Origin: Macrostomum lignano
Taxonomy: Eukaryota
Assembly: GCA_002269645.1 (NCBI GenBank)
Contig: NIVC01002056.1
Span: 62,001-126,000 of the forward strand
Reading direction: 5' to 3'
DNA: 64,000 nt
The notes beneath the pieces were generated by a model. The model made no database searches, was not told the origin of the DNA, and saw only the letters and a list, made by a program, of their open reading frames with translations. The translations under genes and the position numbers were made by a program. Of this stretch, positions 62,791 to 64,000 are shown piece by piece; the stretch's first letter is position 1, and each line of letters opens with the position of its first letter.

Positions 62791-64000
62791 TTATTGTCCA
62801 CCAGAATATGGTGCACCACCTTGCTGTGCAACCGGATATGGTCCACCACCTGGTTGTGCACCAGGATATGGTGGTGCACCACCTGGCTGTGCACCAGGAT
62901 ATGGTGCACCACCTGGCTGTGCACCAGGATATGGTGCACCACCTGACTGTGCACCAGGATATGGGGCAGAACCAGGCTGCATGCCAGGGTAAGAAGCATC
63001 GCCAAAAAAGCCACCCGAAATTCCGGCACCACCAGCGGCTGACGGAGCGTCGTTGCGAACTCGAGGCGGACCAGCTCGAATTCCGCGACGCCTCATCCAC
63101 TCGCACACCTGATTCGGAAGCTCCGCCAGTACCTCCTTCGCCAAGGCATACCTGCTGCGATCAATGTTGCCACCCTGAATGAAACGACGCAAAGGAACGA
63201 ATTGGACGACATCTCTTTCGGCGATCATCGACCCGCAGCGAAGTCGTTTGTCGTCTGAGTCCAGATCCTTCATAGCCGAGAAGTCCTCGTTTCCGACACC
63301 AACTATGATTATAGACATCGGTAGAGATGACGCCTTGATGATTGCCTGCTTCGTCTTCTCGAAGTCCGTGATGATTCCGTCAGTGATGATCAGCAGTACA
63401 AAGTACTGAGCTCCTGTCTGGTGAGCCGCAGCCATTGACGCTACGTGGTTGATCACGGGCGAAAAGTTTGTCGGGCCGTACAGTCGCACCGCTCTGATGC
63501 AAGACCGATAGGCCGCGAGAAGACCTGGCATTCCTGCGCAGTACGGGTTTTCGGACTGCAGAGTCAGCGAGAACGCATCCTGAACTCCCGAGAACATTGG
63601 AGGCAACAGAGCTCCGAAGCCCAGTCCGGGAAACTGCTTGTCTGAGTCGTAGTCCTGCACAATCTCTCCTACCGAAATTATCGCCAGCTCGTACTGGTTC
63701 GGTCGGCCGTCGGCGCTCACGTGGTGCAGCGAGCGAGGGTCTCTGGGGTCTCCATTGCTACCCGTGAAGTCGATTGCAACCGTGAAGTGCAGCTCAGTGC
63801 CGCCCTGAATGTAGTCGACGAACGAGTCGATGGTCTCGATTCCGATCTGGCTGAACACGATGGTTCCAGCCGACTTTTTCTTCTTGCTGATGAGGGTTCG
63901 TTGGGCGGAGCGGCTCCGGGCGACCTCCTGCTCCAAGCTCTCCAGGCTGCTGTAAAAGCTTCCTATCAGATCATGAGAGCCGTCTCCGTCATAATCATAG
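62791..64000 (-). CDS. Copine family protein, 3' portion (end of C2B, vWA/copine domain, Gly/Pro/Tyr/Gln repeat tail); 5' end outside the window
   Basis: Open frame from 63999 to TAA 62791. Motifs YDYDGDGSHDLIG, FTVAIDFTGSNGDP, VQDYDSDKQFPGLGFGA, LYGPTNFSPVINHV, LLIITDG, LPMSIIIVGVG, RDVVQFVP, LAKEVLAELPNQV. Confidence 0.95.
   Translation of the reverse strand, partial: YDYDGDGSHDLIGSFYSSLESLEQEVARSRSAQRTLISKKKKSAGTIVFSQIGIETIDSFVDYIQGGTELHFTVAIDFTGSNGDPRDPRSLHHVSADGRPNQYELAIISVGEIVQDYDSDKQFPGLGFGALLPPMFSGVQDAFSLTLQSENPYCAGMPGLLAAYRSCIRAVRLYGPTNFSPVINHVASMAAAHQTGAQYFVLLIITDGIITDFEKTKQAIIKASSLPMSIIIVGVGNEDFSAMKDLDSDDKRLRCGSMIAERDVVQFVPLRRFIQGGNIDRSRYALAKEVLAELPNQVCEWMRRRGIRAGPPRVRNDAPSAAGGAGISGGFFGDASYPGMQPGSAPYPGAQSGGAPYPGAQPGGAPYPGAQPGGAPPYPGAQPGGGPYPVAQQGGAPYSGGQ

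Overview
Eukaryotic, intron-containing invertebrate DNA. The style (tiny GT-AG introns, CORE-SINE, Crypton, dense minisatellites) is compatible with a flatworm such as Macrostomum, but that is inference only. By my rough sum about 30% of the window is micro/minisatellite, and almost all long ORFs in the supplied track are repeat artefacts. Real content: (1) A tandem/inverted cluster of alpha-arrestin (ARRDC-like) genes with a shared six-exon plan. It has two intact copies (21987-26398 -, 53163-60783 -), one copy with a 5-nt frameshift (9017-12197 +), one divergent copy lacking the Cys clusters and the PPxY tail (34244-37141 -), and two pseudogene remnants not visible in the ORF track (44233-45680 -, 31722-31870 -). 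(2) An IAP-like BIR/UBA/RING exon. (3) A 7-exon secreted protein of unknown function. (4) A small orphan type-I membrane protein. (5) The 3' part of an intron-free copine with a GAQPGGAPYP repeat tail. (6) Mobile elements: four CORE-type tRNA SINEs, two copies of a second tRNA SINE, a decayed Crypton tyrosine-recombinase element inside an intronic minisatellite, a 544-bp foldback MITE with an 8-bp TSD, and hAT-like MITE ends. (7) An unexplained 2.2-kb module (39.2-41.4 kb) with convergent TATA boxes, AP-1-like clusters and overlapping back-to-back poly(A) signals. Exon coordinates were read by hand from splice sites and reading phase; no database searches were run.
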